24,000 bases of DNA, taken from the sequence record NC_016435.1. One strand, 5' to 3'. Origin of the DNA: Gordonia phage GRU1. Every line of letters starts with the position of its first letter. Positions within the stretch are counted from its first letter, which is position 1. The notes below the pieces were generated by a model that made no database searches, had not been told where the DNA came from, and saw only the letters and a list, made by a program, of their open reading frames with translations. Shown in pieces: positions 22,505 to 24,000 of this stretch. The position numbers and the translations under genes are program-made.

Positions 22505-22962
22505 TGAAATACCAGGTGAAAGACCTGATCGAGGCCACCGAGCGCATCATCGCGCAAGCAGACCAGAAGGCCGACGAGGCCGCGAAGAAGTGGATGGCTG
22601 ACCACGAGCAGTTCTACCGCGCGCTGCGAGACCGGATGACCCAACGCCTCCGGAAGCACGAGCCGATCACCGAACAGGACTTCGAGGAGACAGTCGGCAA
22701 GACCGACCTCGGGTACGGCCGACGACGGGCCTTCCACGATCCCCGTCGCACGCCGATCACGTCACTTCGGCAGACGCGACCCCGGGGTCACCTGAACATC
22801 TTCTACAGCGACATCGTGGCGCTACGAGACACCCTGCGTGACCTTGACCGGGAGGAGATAACCGACCGGGACCTCACCGACCTCGGGTTCAACCGGTACG
22901 GCGCGGTGATCAACCGGCTCCAGAACCCGGACCGCTACTGGGGAAATCAGGTGATCTGGTGA
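22504..22962 (+). CDS. Hypothetical protein
   Basis: 1-bp overlap with the previous gene, coherent sequence. Confidence 0.75.
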   Translation: MKYQVKDLIEATERIIAQADQKADEAAKKWMADHEQFYRALRDRMTQRLRKHEPITEQDFEETVGKTDLGYGRRRAFHDPRRTPITSLRQTRPRGHLNIFYSDIVALRDTLRDLDREEITDRDLTDLGFNRYGAVINRLQNPDRYWGNQVIW

Positions 22963-23387
22963 GCGACACCGCGCTGAAGGTGGCCGTCGGCGACGTCCTG
23001 AAGGTCCGGCGCCGGATTCGGGACCACGACGCCGAGAACGCCGAGAAGAAGAGGACCGGCCGACCGTTCGGCTCGAAGGTCTTCACCTGGAACTACACCG
23101 AGGTGACAGTGACCAAAGTCGGCCGGGTGTACTTCTACGCCAACAAGGTCAACGAGTTCGGCGGGGTGTGGGAGCGCAAGTTCCGGCTAGACAACGGCTA
23201 CGAGGTCGCCGGAATCGAAGGGTGCCAGGCTTTCACCCCGGAGTCTCTCGCGGCGCACGAACGGCGGGAGAAGGCGGAGAAGCAACTCAACGACCTGACC
23301 AGGAGCCCGTCCTGGCAGAACAAGCTGTCCATCACCGCGGTGGAAGGCATCGTCGCAATTCTAACCGCCGAGGAGGCCATCCAGTGA
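22959..23387 (+). CDS. Hypothetical protein
   Basis: GTG start, 4-bp overlaps on both sides. Confidence 0.75.
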   Translation: MSDTALKVAVGDVLKVRRRIRDHDAENAEKKRTGRPFGSKVFTWNYTEVTVTKVGRVYFYANKVNEFGGVWERKFRLDNGYEVAGIEGCQAFTPESLAAHERREKAEKQLNDLTRSPSWQNKLSITAVEGIVAILTAEEAIQ

Positions 23388-23743
23388 GCGAAGCCGAATA
23401 CCGAAGCCTGGGGCCGCGCGATGCCATGCGCGCGCTGCTCCAGCAGTGTCAGACCCAGAGCGGGCCGCTGCGCGACAACGACGGCCTGATCGACAACTTC
23501 ATGGCGCAGTGGGTCGTGATGTCGAAGGTCGACTACGACGTCGACAACGCTCGGCAGGCCGAGTGGCAGGTCGAGGCGAAGCGCGCGTTCGCGGTGATGC
23601 TCCAGGCGATCAAGTCCCTCCCCGCGGCGCGCTACCTCGGCGGGGGAGAGGAGATCGGTCAGCGGGTGCTCGACGAGGCCGCCCGGATCTACCAGTTCCA
23701 CGGCCTCGACGCCGACACCGAGTTCGAGAGGTTCATGCCGTGA
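23384..23743 (+). CDS. Hypothetical protein (MSEAEYRSLGPRDAMRALLQQ...)
   Basis: GTG at 23384 after GAGGAGG. Confidence 0.75.
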   Translation: MSEAEYRSLGPRDAMRALLQQCQTQSGPLRDNDGLIDNFMAQWVVMSKVDYDVDNARQAEWQVEAKRAFAVMLQAIKSLPAARYLGGGEEIGQRVLDEAARIYQFHGLDADTEFERFMP

Positions 23744-24000
23744 AGAAACTGATGGCGCCGTTCGCAGGCCTGCGATTCCGCCGGGAGTACGCGGTGGAGT
23801 GGATCTCGGCTCGTCGGGACGAAGGCCCCTTGGTGACCACCCAATCCGAGGCAACGCGGTCCTACGAGGTCGCGCGGTCGGCGTCGGCGTGGCTCAACCG
23901 AACACCCGGGATCATCTGGGCTCGCGTCGTCGAGCGGACGGTGCGGGAGGAACGGCCGCATTGGTGGCATCCGTGGCGAACGACCGGCGAGACGCGCTGG
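23740..24000 (+). CDS. Hypothetical protein, runs off right edge (MKKLMAPFAGLRFRREYAVEWISARRDEG...)
   Basis: GTG at 23740 overlapping the previous TGA. Open to the end of the window. Confidence 0.65.
   Translation, partial: MKKLMAPFAGLRFRREYAVEWISARRDEGPLVTTQSEATRSYEVARSASAWLNRTPGIIWARVVERTVREERPHWWHPWRTTGETRW

Overview
The window looks like part of an actinobacterial (high-GC) phage or prophage-like genome. (1) The left arm (1-9839) is on the minus strand. It is a tightly packed operon with a putative ssDNA-binding-like protein with a long acidic tail, a P-loop/AAA (Sak4/RecA-like) ATPase, a Cas4/RecB-like PD-(D/E)XK nuclease, an SNF2-type helicase, a WhiB-like protein and several small unknowns. 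(2) An intergenic control region follows (9840-10395). It holds four LexA/SOS-box-like 16-mers in an ordered array, two perfect 20-bp palindromes and candidate divergent promoters. (3) The plus-strand region 10396-16487 carries about 13 small uncharacterised genes. Most have the same CGAAAGG ribosome-binding site, and sets of them are headed by near-identical TTGACGTCAA promoter/leader cassettes. (4) A non-coding region (16490-17420) contains a strong terminator, an AT-rich tract, repeated GGGTAGGGGT and TTGAAACGTTTCAA elements and GT-rich DNA, so it is a candidate origin or regulatory locus. (5) The right side has a terminase-small-subunit-like gene, a second repeat- and promoter-rich gap, and then a translationally coupled run of unknown genes including a 501-aa coiled-coil protein and a HicA-like protein. 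The most interesting signals are the shared palindromic operator/promoter TTGACGTCAA (six exact copies linking the recombination ATPase to the ORFan cluster), the SOS-box array plus outlying boxes, and an eight-copy DNA motif kept in two reading frames. All assignments come from reading the sequence; no searches were run.
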